NCBI GenBank assembly: GCA_905331295.1
Contig: CAJNYD010000096.1
Coordinates: forward strand, 62,001-126,000
Source: Rotaria socialis
Taxonomy: Eukaryota
Length of the DNA stretch: 64,000 bases
Direction of reading: 5' to 3'
The notes below the pieces were generated by a model. It searched no databases and was not told the DNA's origin. It was given only the letters and a program-made list of their open reading frames with translations. A program made the translations under genes and the position numbers. Every line of letters begins with the position of its first letter. Positions within the stretch are counted from its first letter, which is position 1. Below are positions 38,583 through 61,059 of this stretch, piece by piece.

Positions 38583-39294
38583 CTTAAAGGGGATTTTTTT
38601 TTCATATATCTAACAATTTCGACTTATGTATTTTCGGGTTTTCTCTCCAAAACACTTTTTTCTCAATAATGTATTTCATCGAATAAATATTAATTAGTTA
38701 TATGAGATGAAACACACTGCATTGAGGCACATTTAGAAAACCATTGTTCGAGTGAATTTAATATGTGTAATTTTCTTATTGTTCTTTGATTCTGATGTTG
38801 AAATGAAACAAACGGACAGCCGTGTTGCTAACGACTCTTCTGTTCAGTGTCTTTCCTTCTCGTAGAAAATGTTAGACTTTCCGTTGAAAATAATGATAGC
38901 TGAAATTAGTTTTTCGCGGACTGTATATCATCGTGACGAATGGTCTAATTTAGCTTCTTTTAAACAGCATACCTTAGTCTTTTATGAGGCACCCTTACAC
39001 TTGGCCCAACTGAAATATTAAATAACCATTGATCATCATGTTCTCCATCGCAAATGACCGCGACCTGATTCTGGTGCTACAAAATATCTACAACACCAGG
39101 AATAACTTTAGCATCAATGAACGCCTCTGTTTCTCTTAAAATATTCCGCTCCTGTTACTATTAACACCACAACAGGCAACGGTTATCTTTCTTTATCATC
39201 ATTCATTCATATATATATATATATACTTTTAATCATACAAAAAAAAAATAGATCTACACAACATATTTATCTTCGAAAGAAAAACTCACACAAG

Positions 39295-47908
<8,614 letters not shown>

Positions 47909-48493
47909 TAGTTATCTGAAAAATGCACAACCTTTATTATTTTCCCTCATCGAAACTGCTTCACTATTTGATATTAAAAATCCCATCTGCTATACAAAAA
48001 AATCCATCAATCAATAACACTTGAATGAAATTCAGGAAAATGAGAGTATTTCTATATACAGCCTTGTACATTCGCTGCCCTAGACATGAGCAGATATATT
48101 CTAGAAAAGAATGTTGATCAAATAGAAATATTCTTTACGTAATTCCATAAGAAGTGAATAATCTGCTCAGATTGAACAAAGAACCGCTGTTATCTACTAT
48201 AGAAAATTGACTAGCCAATCGGCATCAAGCACTACCATCGCGTTTAAATATATACCTTCAATAATAAGAAATAATCATTTTTATTTCGTAATTTATTTCA
48301 ATAAAAAAAATTATTAATATTAACGAATAAAACCTATTTTCTAACATATATAAACGGTCAATGAAAATCTAAAGAAATGTGAAATCAAATAAAACAAAAC
48401 ATTTTAAAATCAGTGTGAAGCGTAATATCTCACACGCAACAGTGAACACAACCGTTTCATATTTTTCTTTATTCTAGATATTTGATTTTAGAA
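47909..48493. promoter_or_regulatory. Probable bidirectional promoter between POLE and HP1
   Basis: Head-to-head start codons 585 bp apart; CCAAT box (AGCCAATC) at 48213-48220. Confidence 0.5.
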
Positions 48494-49228
48494 ATGGGAA
48501 AACATCATGGAAATTCTGATGATGAAGATCTTGATGAAGCTGAATTTATCGTTGAAAAAATTCTCGATAGAAAAGTTGTGAATGGAGAAGTTTATTATTT
48601 TTTAAAATGGAAAGGTTTTGGTGATACTGAAAATACTTGGGTAAAATAAAATTGATACTATTTTTGTTTTACTATATTTATTTTGACTTTTGGATTTTTT
48701 TCAGGAACCTGAAATGAATCTCGATTGTCCAGAATTAATTGCTGAATATCATAAACGAGCCAAAAAAGCTTCTGAACCAGCTGAAGTAACAACTATCAAA
48801 GAGTCAAATAAACGATCAATTCGAAATAGTTTTGATCAACAAGAATCAATAACAGAATCATCGAAAAAAACAAAACAAACAGAATCCTATGGTTATGATA
48901 GAGGACTTGAAATTGAAAAAATTCTTGGTGCAACAGATGTCTATGGGGAATTAATGTTTCTGTAAGATTCAACTAGAATTTCTTTCTTGTTTTTGTATAT
49001 CTTCATAGAGATATTTTATGTTTTTCGTTTAGAATTAAATGGCAAGCAACCGAAAAACCCGAATTAGTTCCTGCTAGAATTGGTGAGAATTTAAAAATAT
49101 TATGAAATCGATATAGATTTCTTTTCTAACTTTTAGCTAATGTAAAAAGCCCTCAATATGTGATTCGTTTTTATGAAGATCGTTTAACATGGGCAAATAC
49201 GGATGAAAATCCGTTAGATAAACAGTAG
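48494..49228 (+). CDS. HP1: Heterochromatin protein 1 / chromobox protein (chromo + chromo-shadow domains), 181 aa
   Basis: Exons 48494-48640, 48705-48961, 49033-49082 and 49137-49228 join in frame. Chromodomain [45 protein letters not shown]. Shadow domain GYDRGLEIEKILGATD..LMFLIKW..ELVPA..AN...PQYVIRFYEDRLTW. Confidence 0.95.
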
Positions 49229-50022
49229 TGATATCATTGAAAAAATACATGCTGTTCAAACTCATTGTGATATAAATAGGCTTTGTTGTTTTTGTGTTTT
49301 TTTTTACGTTAGTAGTTCTCGGAAATAGAATTTTCCTTTTCACGATAGATGTTAAGCAAGAACATTAAATCGAGTATTTTGCTTTACGTTTTCGCTCTTG
49401 TTTGTTCGGTTGATTTGTTTCTATGTAGAAAAATAAATACAAGCATTTCGTTGTGGAATACGCAAAATAAAAAGCATGAATAGCGTTTTTTTTCTAACTT
49501 CATTATACAAATTTCTATGCCAAGAACAATCCAATGGAAACGGTACGGAAATTAAAACCATAATCACACGAGTTATGACATTTGATAGTTATCACGTCGT
49601 AGAATACTTCAATAGAATCACAGTAGATGTTATATCGCAAACATTATTATCGATTTCTAGTTCTTCTACGAATATTAATTATGATAATTTTTCTTTCGAT
49701 ATTTTTTTTAGTAAGAGTTCATATAGTGATAATTGCTACCTTTTTTTATTATTATTCATCTGACTAATTATACCATAAACGAGAATGTGTGAATAACGAT
49801 TACTTGTGCAAATAGGTTTTAATGTAGAAAATCAAGGTCTAAAAATTTCTTTTCTTTTGACAAATATGTGACACGAATTTGATCCACAGATGGTGTCAAT
49901 TGTTTTCATGTATAGCATATGACAACCTACGTTTTTCTTTGATCCCTTTTGACATGTCAATGACCTTCATCATATTGTATTATATTTGTTTGTGTCCCTG
50001 ACACAATTGTCCATAACCAGTC

Positions 50023-50045
50023 ACGACGACGACGACGACGACGAC
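50023..50045. repeat. (ACG)n microsatellite
   Basis: Read directly. Confidence 0.9.
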
Positions 50046-51707
50046 ATTTAACTGTGAATTACAGTTACCTTCTAATTCTTTATTTTCTCTCTATGACTGA
50101 AGACAGATCATGTTGTCCTATAAGTCAATAGTATTAAAATTTAAAACTCTTGAATATTAGCTTAGTTACGCTGCGTGGTTTTCAGAACATAGAATAGTTA
50201 CGCGCAATGTTTGATAATGATGTTGATTTACTTTCTACGTAATGTTATTTTGGAGTGCGTAGTAGGTTTACTCCTCTCTTGCTTTTGTGACGTGTGCGTA
50301 TATTTCAAAAAGGAGTCGACAATTACTTTAACATGAAGAATTTTTGAAGGCTTTCATTTCTTTGAAAGAAATGTCATTTTCAATTAGCAATTTTTATTGA
50401 TATTATCTAAGCGAGAATCTATCGTAGTTTTGTTTTTGTGCAACCAAATTTCATCGTCTTATGAAAAATAAAAGTAGATTTACTATTAAATCGGTTGTCC
50501 TGAGTTTCTTCAAATACTGCAAAAACGGAATAGCTGAAGTAGTCGACAATTCAATCTTCAACAAAAACACTCATAAAAATCTGATGAAGCTTCTCAAATC
50601 AGCCTAGAAAAATATTTTTCTTTAATTCATTCAAGAGTTTCCAACGGTATAAACTTGTATGTTTCTTATTGCTGATTGAAAAATTAAAGAACTTATGAAA
50701 CGGATGTCCGATCCATTCGGAAATTAAATTCGTCTTGGAGCTAAGAAATATCACAAATGCATTGTACTTTTAATTCGAAAGTGAGCTACGTTTCCACATT
50801 CGTGAAGGAATTCTTCATGTTACAAATATGAGATTAAAAAAACAAGCTGTATCAAGTTTGCAACATTATTATCAATAATATTTTGATAAGACTTCAGAAA
50901 TAAATATCTTAGATTTTGGTGCTCGTTTAAAGTTCATCCATTAGATTTTTGCAAAATAACTGACGTGTATCAAAATTCGATTGGAAAATAATTAAAGCGA
51001 GATTAATTTATACTGTTCCAAATTACAATAATATACAAATTCGGTATTATAATATGTCGCCGCCGCGAGGGCTATTGGGCTCTAGTGCATAAAGCACGTT
51101 TGATGATTCAATATATATTTAATCGGAAGAGTTACCTTGAATAAATCAGTCAAAAAATAGGATTTACATAAGATGAAAGATTAAATCAGCAGTGAAATGA
51201 TCTAGAAATCCACTCGATAGAAGAACCAAACGAGTTAGAAGTAAAGATTAGTAATGGATGGATCGGACAATAATTTCACAATTGTACACATCGAACCCAC
51301 GCCTTTATCTTCATGACAACAAGAAAATAAATATTACCCTTCTATGGATTTTCAAGTTTAATTTGAATAAACAAAATTTTTGAGTACTATCTAATGTCAA
51401 GGTTACTTTTTAAAGTTTCGATGCATTATTAATCAAACACTGATATGACTCAATGTTATTCTAAAATGGCCTTCGTCAATCATCGGTGGTGTTATTTTGT
51501 TTTACTAATTTTTATTTATTTAAAATTTCTCTCTGTCTACTAATAGTAAATGCAGAGGAAAATAAAGAAAAAGAAATTAGTATCATAGAAGAACATGAAA
51601 AAAAAATGCCGAACAATTACAAAGAACAGGTTTTGTTTTTTTAACTAACTGTCGTTGCTTTTGCCAATGCAAATTATCGTTCATTTGGTTTATCTTACAC
51701 ACAGTAC

Positions 51708-51710
<3 letters not shown>

Positions 51711-51737
<27 letters not shown>
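51711..51737. repeat. (TAA)n microsatellite downstream of the PLK1 stop (likely 3'UTR)
   Basis: Read directly; followed by a short (TG)n-like tract. Confidence 0.9.
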
Positions 51738-51743
<6 letters not shown>

Positions 51744-51948
51744 GAGAAATAGCATGTGTGTGTGCGTGTGTGAGTGAAAGGAAAAATGAGCTCAAGAGAC
51801 GAACATAGTCACTCGAATTGAATTGAATTAAAGATAAAAAAAAATACAAACCGCATAAGTACAAGCCAAAGAGAAAGAAAAAAATGAAAAATGAAAAAAG
51901 AGAAAATTGCACAACTTGAGAATGAAACAAGAACGTACATGAGAATAA

Positions 51949-54900
51949 TTAATGAAGTCGATTTTGATTACTTTTTGCTGCCAATATTCGATCGATCATA
52001 CTTTTTGCATATTTAATACGTGTAAACAATTGTTTTGAACAACCACATTGTTCTAATGCCGCTAGACGATATGTACGAATTTCACGATGTTCATTTATAT
52101 AAGTAACAGCACTCATTAGAGGACATAAAATAACTTTGGTATGATCGTGAAAAAAGTTAATCTAAATAAAAAGTAATGAGATTTAATTTTTTATTTTTAC
52201 GAATTAATTTTTTATCAAACCTGTAATGTGCCATTGGATAGATAGAAAACGATAGCATTACGTGTGCGAAACCATGACTTAACAAATGGGAGTCGAGAAA
52301 GTTCATCACCAGGTCGTGGAGCATGTGCAGCACCAGCCTAAAATGAAAGAATCGCAATTATTTTCTCTTTAAAAACAATTCTTTCTTTTGTTTTTCGAAA
52401 CAAAATTTTACAAGGTTTTTCTTCGAACCGAAAGTGTTAACAAACAGGAAAGGATAAAAATAAGTACGGTACTCGCAACGATCTCAAGTGTCTCGTAAGA
52501 TATGTGTATCTCTAGTAGACATGTTGTGGTTTACAACGATTAGGTGAGCGATAAGGAAAAGTTAATTTTAAGACTTCAGATTGAAATATCTAAAATTTTT
52601 ATTTAACTCGTTGAAATTTACTTCGAACACTCCTATCGCGATACTTCTCAATTGTTTTATCACTTTTAGGATGTTGCACTCAGGTTATCAACAAAAAAAT
52701 ACGCCCTCGGAAGTAAAGATTGTATAGCTCCTGAGTTAAATTTACCTTTAGCAAATGTTCGTCCATGTAAGAAGTGAAATACTACAAAAGAAAAGTCGAC
52801 AACCGTAGAATAAATCGAACAAGAAATCTTACTTTTAGCAAAGTAACTTTCTTTTTCAATTGATCGGAATAATCTTTCATAGTACATAAATGTTCATAGC
52901 CGTCTCTGTCGATATACTGTAGATTTTCTGCTCCACCAGCAGTCATAATTAAACGCGTTGAATCATTAAACAAAACACCAACAGAATCATCGCATAATTG
53001 ATAGCCTAAGCCATATTTATCTGAATAATCCACCCATTTAGATATCCACAGCATCGGCGCCGATGCTGGATCTTCAGCTTCATCTTCTCGTTTATCAAGT
53101 TTTTCATTCGGTTTCATTTGTATTAAATGTTCTAATTGTCTTTGAAGATCAATACCTAAATGCAAATCATCATTGACTTCTTCGTTCGTTCCACTTGTCG
53201 GTACAAATGCTTGACCATCGAGACCCGTTAATTGTCTACTCATATGCGATGGTAACACAATATCAGTTTGACTCGGTACTGCTGATGCTACACGTCCTCC
53301 AAGACCATGAATATCAGTTGCACGTTCATTCATCAAAATGGGTGCTGGTAATGTAACTACTTGTTGATGGCGTGATGCAATTAATGCTTGTTCATTTTGT
53401 TGTTGTTCTGTAAATGGACGGCGCTGTTGTAGTTGTTGCATATTTGATGCGATTGTTTTACTAGGATTGATCAGTATCGGTTGTTGTGGAGGATGCATCG
53501 GTGGCATAACTGAATAGCGTGGCGCAACTGTACAAACGGACGTTGGTAATGTTGCTGGCGTAAAACCAGAAAAAAATGGATCCAAATAGATTTGAGACAT
53601 CGTTGGACGATCATATGGTTCATGTCTTAAACAGCGTTGAATAAGTAGGACACTTTCTCGGCTTATACGATTCTCCGGTATTAAATAATCGTTTTTACGA
53701 ATTTTTGAATATGTATCTTTTAACGATGATGTTTCAAATGGTGGCTTGCCAAGTAGCAGTGTATAAAGAATACAGCCTAAACTCCATACATCAACTTCAT
53801 AACTATGACCTAGATACGAGAGAAATAAAGTTAGAAAAGACAAATGCTAAATTGAGATTTAACCTTTCTTGTTGATCACTTCAGGTGCAACTATGATTGA
53901 AAAAGAAAAAATATAAGAAAATTTAATAAATGAAGACAAGAAAAGTAAATAAACAGCACTTACTGTAGTTTGGAGTACCGCATAGTGTTCTAAATCAAAA
54001 TAAATGATTAAATATAAAGTTCGATTTTGAATTAAATTTTTTTTTATTAGATAAATGAAATAATAATCTATGAGTTTCGAAATTACGGATTGAATTACAA
54101 CTATTAATTAATCATTTTATCTACATATTTGAGAAATGATTAATTCATTTATTCAATGAAAAAAATACTTTTTCTCTCGAAGAAAACAATGATTCGTTCT
54201 ACTCAAATGAGACTCATTTATTTCGTATTTCTTTTAATCGAAGTTGAAATAATGTGTTGACCTTTACGTTTTGATAATGCAAAAGAATAAATGTTGATCA
54301 TGAGACAGCCTATGCAATTTAAAAGCATTCTAAGCAAATACAATTTGACCTGGCACAGCGAGAATCGATATTTTATTTCTCTCCCGGGGATTCTTTTTCG
54401 AAACATTTTGCTGAAGTTCACAACAGGGACAAATCTCTACGTGAAATTTTACCGTTTTCGATCAGTTTCATTCTCGATTCGTGTTGCTAAACCAAAATCA
54501 CCGATTTTTATTTCCATTTGATCATTAAGAAAGAGATTTCCCAATTTAAGATCACGATGTATAATACGTTTATCGTGCAGATAAATACAAGCTTCAACAA
54601 TCTGTTTAACAAAATAACGTGTTTCCGGCTCTGTCACTGTTTTGCGTCGTCGATGTAATTCCATTAATGACTAAGAAAAAAAACACAGTGTTTACGATTA
54701 AAAACCGAAAAACAGATCATTTACTCGTCGCCGACAAAGTTCAAGGATAATATAAACATTATTTTCGTCTTCAAAGTATGAGAAAAATTGAACAATATGC
54801 TTATGATTAAGTGATTGATGAATTGTCACTTCTTGTTGCATCTAATTGAAATTAAAAAAATTGAGTCGATTTTAATCGCGGTCAAAATGTTTTTGAATAC

Positions 54901-55159
54901 TTTTTCTTTTTGATGAGGTTTTATTAGCATTGATTTAGGTACAACTTTTCCGGCAAACGTTTGGCCAGTAGTAACATCGATGAGTTCATAGCACCGAGCA
55001 AAACCACCCTTAATGATATCAAAGCAAAAATTAGAAAATGTCAAAAATTAAAATGAATCAACTAACTTTGCCAAGAAACTTCCCTTTGGAATATTGAGCA
55101 CGTGTTCGCGGATCAATAATAACATTTGGAATGTTAAATTCATCTTTTCCTGAATCCAT
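51949..55159 (-). CDS. PLK1: Polo-like kinase 1, 10 exons
   Basis: Kinase motifs [71 protein letters not shown]. Polo boxes [34 protein letters not shown] on the opposite reading resolving to PB2 (..[13 protein letters not shown]). Stop at 51949-51951. Confidence 0.96.
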
Positions 55160-55346
55160 TATTTTGCTTTTAGTTTTTATTCTACAATATTTATCAAGAT
55201 GTCTATTTCGAGTTCTTATTGATCGTAAAAAAGAACCAATATGGTCATCTACAAGAGAATAATGTATAAATATATAGTAGCTATGTTAAAAGTGTGATCT
55301 GGCGTTTCGTCGAACAGAGAGAAAAAAATATAGTCAACTTCAATTG

Positions 55347-55367
55347 TATATATATATATATATATAT
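55347..55367. repeat. (TA)n microsatellite upstream of PLK1
   Basis: Read directly. Confidence 0.9.
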
Positions 55368-58072
55368 GCGTGTGTGTAGTCGATTTCAATTCTTTTCCTC
55401 TGTATTGCTATTGACCTCGATAGTCTATAAGCGTAATTCTTTTTATTTTTTGTAGTGATGTAAGTCTTTGTCCGGCAAAAGACAAATATGAATCTTCATA
55501 GTATGATTGGCTATTTTGAGTTAAAACGAAGAATGTGTCATTTTTGTGAATAAATTGAATTTGATTATAGAAAGAAAATTCGAATAACTGCATAATTTAT
55601 TAACATATAAACCAGATTGTATATTTATTAGTGAAATATAAAACTGCAAAAAAATCTATTGACATATATTAAGAAATTTCATGAAATTGGTTCTCGAATA
55701 ATTGATAATTATTATAATAAACTAAACACACACTTACTATCAACTTCATTTTAATAAATTAGTTTCTCACTTGATGATTTCTTGCTAAACACATTAGCAT
55801 TATCGGCTTCTATTTAGAAAAAAAAGAATATAGACGAAATCAAAACACAGGTAACATTCATACGGACATACTTATGTGTTTTTGCTTACTTTTGAGGCTC
55901 TTAGAATATAATATTACATGACGAGTGGCTCTTAAAATATTCTTTAGTGTTGGTCGACTAAGTGGAATATGTAATGAATAGCAACGCACAATATACTATC
56001 ATTTATCAAGCATTATATTTCTTTTTTTTTCTTCTTCAAAAGACTCCTTCGCTTGCAGAAAAACAAAAAACTCTGTTTATCGATCATGATGTACTTACGT
56101 GCAGTGATTTATTAGTTTTTATTCGTAGATAGAGAAATATAAAGGTGATTGATTTGGATAATTATTTAATAGATGTTGCTATTCATCATGTTGTATAGTT
56201 GTTTTGCACTGTAGATTCATTCAAATAATCCTACGAAATAATATCGAATTTTCCCAGCATTATGAATTTCGTTATATATATATATATGCTTTTTTGGTAA
56301 CGCTTTATCAAGTAGAATCTGCTTTTTTTATTGAGCCATCGTTGTTGTTTATTTTCTTCGTAGTATTTAGTGATCAACATGAAATTCAACAAACATTGGC
56401 ACGAATAAGCTGTTGATTTGCATCTAAAATAAAAAAATTATTCTATTGAGACAAAAATACACCGATTTTCTTTCAGAAAAAAAAGGCGGCATTAAGGTCA
56501 ACCGACATCAAGATATTGTATTTTGATCGGTTGCTAGGTAAAAATGGATTTAACTTTGTTACAATCATCTTTTCGTTGTAATTTATAAAAAAAAGTATTA
56601 TTTATTAATTTTTAATTGGGTTCGATCTTTATTTTCTTCTAAGAAAATGTCCTTTAGGATAGAGAGCGCTAAGATTGTATTGCTCACGTTCAATGACTAG
56701 TTTATTTAACCAATAGAATTTCAGCTGAACAAGCTACTGAACAGCTAATAAATTATATGACTTGAGCAGTAGTCCCTACTGTCAAATAGATTAGGGATCG
56801 ATTAATAATCGAGGAAACATGATTAAACATAACTCACTGATTTAGTTATAGAAAATTCACACATGGATGCTAAGAACACCGATTTCGTCTTAATTTTGTT
56901 CAATTCCAGGACGCTGGTTATATCATTGTATTTTTCTATGTCTTTGTCATTGTACGCGAAATGAAAATAATGCTATCTTTGTCATAAGTTATCATGCTTT
57001 TCATTATCAAGGCTATTCTTTGTTGAGTGAAAAACTATTTTTTTTTGTTGCTTTTCTTTTATCTCATTGTTTGAAGGAACTTCATGTTTGTTGGTTTTAA
57101 GAAATTTTTCTCGTAATAAAACAAAAAGGATTCACATAAATTTTCCTGAATTAATTATTTTTTCGAAAACTTTAGAAATTAATTATATTTTTCTTCAAGA
57201 TCGCGTAGAAGTAGAAGATATCTACTAAAGTGATGTTAAAATTTTTTCTCATTTTCTTCGTCATTTTTTTGCCACTCGCAAAAAATACATTAGTGTATGA
57301 TAACTAATTTTTACGACTACAATTGATGATTTCTTGAGATGCTAATATACATATTCTTTTATCAAGTGATTAGTCTCACAACATGATTAATCAATATTAA
57401 GAATAAATCCTATTGAACTTCGCTGTCTGATGAATGATGTCAAAATTTTCGGGAAAAATAAAGATATTTAAACATGAGAAGCGAAAGCAAGCGGACAATT
57501 TTTATTCTATTTAATTAAGAGAAAAGAAGGAGAAAACATTTAATTTTGAAAATAGTCAACCGAGTATAACAATAAAAATATATGATATCAAGTTATAGGT
57601 TTAATAATTGAGATAACCGTAGTAAAATATTACTGGGGAAATTTCAACTTCGAAACAAATCATCGTACATGTATTTAGTACGCGTCGCTTTCCCTGCCGT
57701 TTTGATTTAGCTTTCTTTGTCAACCGAATGAGAGTGCCATTTTAAAGAACCGACAGCTAAATATAGGAACTATGAAGACAAATATTACAAGTAGAATATT
57801 CTGAACGATGAACTATTTCGATAAATTGTAGAGATAAAAATTATTTATTTAAAAAGAAAGATAACAATCTCCAAGGTCATATTTTTCAATATGATTCTAA
57901 ATTCTACTAAAGTCCAGCTGATTGAATCAGACCGCCTCTTGCTGCATCGTATTGGCTACTGTTTTTGCACGAAAGGGAATATAAGACCTGCTTTGAAAAT
58001 GCCAGCTGTCCGTTTTTCTCACTATTCAATCGTATTAAATTGAAATGTATTTTATCTAAAAGCACTGTTAAT

Positions 58073-60404
58073 ATGATCAAACCATGGTATGTTCTATTAT
58101 TCTTGATAGTAAGAACATCTACTGTTGAATTTCCGCCGCTGAACCTGTACATTGGTACCGGAGGTTTTGGATATGGTGCAGGAAGCTTACCGCTTGGTGC
58201 GCAAAGTCCATATGGTGCACTTCGTGTAAGTCCCGATACAAGTGATACACTTGATATTCCAATAAAATTCGAACATTATGCCGGTTATCATTATTCTGAT
58301 ACACATATCAATGTTTTCTCACACACGCATACATTCGGTGCCGGCCTTCAAGATTATGGCGAAGTTGGCATTTTTCCAGTTCAAATCGATGATGATCACC
58401 ATTTGCAACGTTTAATTTCAAGTCGAAATGGCTACCGAAGTGAATTTAAACATGAACATGAACGAGCTGAGCCTGGTTTTTATCAAGTCTATCTCGATAC
58501 GCATAACATCAATGTTGAATTAACTGCAACTGAACACGTTGGTGTTCATCGATATTCATTTAATAATACCAATAAAAAGCATCGAGTCATACTTGTGGAT
58601 AGTAGTTATACACTCCCGTTGAAAGTGTGCAATCTGAGTCATGTGAATATTGATCCGAAAAATAATGAAATAACTGGCTCCGTCTTTTTCAAAGGAGATT
58701 TTTCCAGAAGTTTCGGTGGTTTGTCTACATATTTTACTATTAAGTTTACTAATTGGACAGATTTTGGTGTTTGGACAAATGGTAGTTTAGTACATGAGCA
58801 GACAGCGGCCGATGGGTGCTCATCAGGAGCTTACATAATTTTACCTGCCGATCAAGAACAGGTCACAGTTTATGTCGGTATGAGTTTTGTTTCAATTGAA
58901 CAAGCACGTACAAATTTACAAATGCAAACTCAACTTAAATCGTTCGATGCCATTCGTGAAACGGTACAACAGAAATGGCTCAATGAAATTGCTCGTTTCG
59001 AAGTATGTTTGATTTTGTTACAAGAGAAAAAACCAAATATTGTTGAGAAGTCTTGAAACTTAATAGGTTAGTGCTGATTGGAATCATGAAGCCGTCATCA
59101 AATTCAATAGTGCAATTGTTCATTCATTGTCGAGTCCGACTCAATGGGACGAGTCGAACGGTGTCTACTTAGGTTTCGATGGCCAAATTCATACTAAGCC
59201 TGATAGTATGGAACATTTCTATACTGATTTATCAATATGGGATGTTCACCGAACACAAATACCCTTCATTGTTTTCCATGATTCACAACGAGCCAATGAT
59301 ATTATTCGTTCGATTATGCTTATTGTTGAACAAGGTGGTGATTTACCGAAATGGCCATTCGCCAATGGATATACAAATTGTATGATTGGCTCACATGCTG
59401 ATATTTTAATAAGTGACCTAATTATGAAGCATGAGAATAGTAGTTATCTCAATATGACACAAGTAATCGAAGCATTAAGAAAAGTAGCCAATCAGCAGCA
59501 AGTACATGATAGTCGTTTTAATCCCGATACATATATAAAATATCAATATGTACCATTTGATAATGATTCTGGATCGGCACCACTTACACTTAGCTACTCG
59601 TATGATGATTGGGCTATTGGCAATGTTATGCATGCTGCAGGTCTTTTTGATGAAGCACAAGATTATTATAATCGATCGCAATGGTTTGAACATGTATTTG
59701 ATAATAAAACCAAATTTTTCTGTGCTCGATCCAGTGAGGGCGCTTTCTTTTGTCCATCCAACGAAATTGAATTTCTCAATCCGTGGGATAATCGTTATGT
59801 TGAAGGTAATGCATGGCACTATCGCTTTTTCGTACCACATAATACACCACGTCTAGTTGAATTGTTTGGTGGCAAAGAAATATTTGCTCAAGAACTCGAT
59901 ACTTTCTTCATGCGTAGTCGGCTTTGGTCAACAACAGTATTACCTAATCCTTATTATTGGCCAGGAAATGAACATGATTTATTTTCTGTTTGGCAATTTA
60001 ATTATGCTAATCGATCTGATCTTACCCAAAAGCACTCACGTTGGATACTTGATCATGTTTATACGATAAATCCTGATGGATTACCTGGCAACGATGATTA
60101 TGGAACACTTTCAGCATGGTACATTTTCGCAAGTATGGGTTTCTATCCTCTTGCTGGTTCATCTGTTTATCTACTTGGCAGTCCAGCTTTTGATCGTATT
60201 ACAATTCGTCGTAATAATGGTCAATGCACAGTAACAATTATTGCGCATAATAATTCAGCTGAAAATATTTACGTTCAACGTGTATTACTCAACGGAAAAC
60301 TTCTCTCTACTTTTCCATTCATTGATCATATAGAACATCTGAAATGTACTACCCAATCATCATCAATTCAACTTGACTTTTTCATGTCATCAACACCATC
60401 ATAA
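58073..60404 (+). CDS. Secreted glycoside hydrolase family 92 (alpha-mannosidase), 755 aa, 2 exons; HGT candidate
   Basis: Exons 58073-59002 and 59067-60404 (64-bp phase-0 intron). Signal-like MIKPWYVLLFLIV. GH92 hallmarks: IGTGG, GAQSPYG, FSHTH..GAG, EPGFYQV, SIWDVHRT, LPKW, CMIGSH, TLSYSYDDW, YVEGNAWHY, GNEH, GLPGNDDYGTLSAWYIFASMGFYP. Confidence 0.92.
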
Positions 60405-61059
60405 ATCGGACAAAATAAGTCTTTTTGTAGCAGTCAGGCTGACAGATGTAAGAATGAAAGGCATACAGTAATACTCTAATAAGAAAAGTTACTGAACAAT
60501 CATGAAGAATCGATAAATTTCGATCATTGAACAAAACAAAAGTTAAAAAAAAGAAGTAGTTAGTAGTACGGTAGCTATTACTTGCTATGCTGTCTAGAGA
60601 CTTTGTGCAAACATAATAAATAGTCACTATTTGAATTGCGTATCAACAGAAAACAAAATTGAAAATAAGGCACATTTCATTCGAATGTATGAAATCTGTG
60701 AACAAGGACTAATATGCTTTGAATAGAACGCATTTGTTGATTGCGTACATCTGTTGGGGAGAAAACAATTTCAAGGATCATACACGAACTAAGTCTACAA
60801 TGAAATTTCTATTAGCTATAGAAGATTGTGATGTTTGAATAGTGTGAAGTGTTATTTCAACAGAACAGCGACCACCAAAATTTATCAGCAGAATGTGTGT
60901 TTTAAAAACAAAGTAAATGTTATCATCAACTTTAAATAAGGAACATCATTATTACAGCAGCAAATTCGTATTTTCGTAAAATTGTTTGAAACGTTGTCAG
61001 TAAGAGATCTGTCTTATTAAGAACTTCGTATTTTCACGTTACAGTATCATTAATCTTCA

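Noticed and set aside
38978..39190. Possible Tc1/mariner-like end (TTTTATGAGGCACCCT) and fragmentary coding-like sequence
   Set aside because: No partner inverted repeat found, and the translation needs frameshifts without giving a recognisable motif.
50300..50700. CTGATGA..GAAA hammerhead-like core and a short repeated AGTCGACAATT
   Set aside because: Could not form convincing stems I-III; at most an unclassifiable repeat remnant.
57965..58072. N-terminal extension of GH92 given by the ORF track
   Set aside because: It starts at a TTG; the eukaryotic start is ATG 58073, which directly precedes a signal-like peptide.
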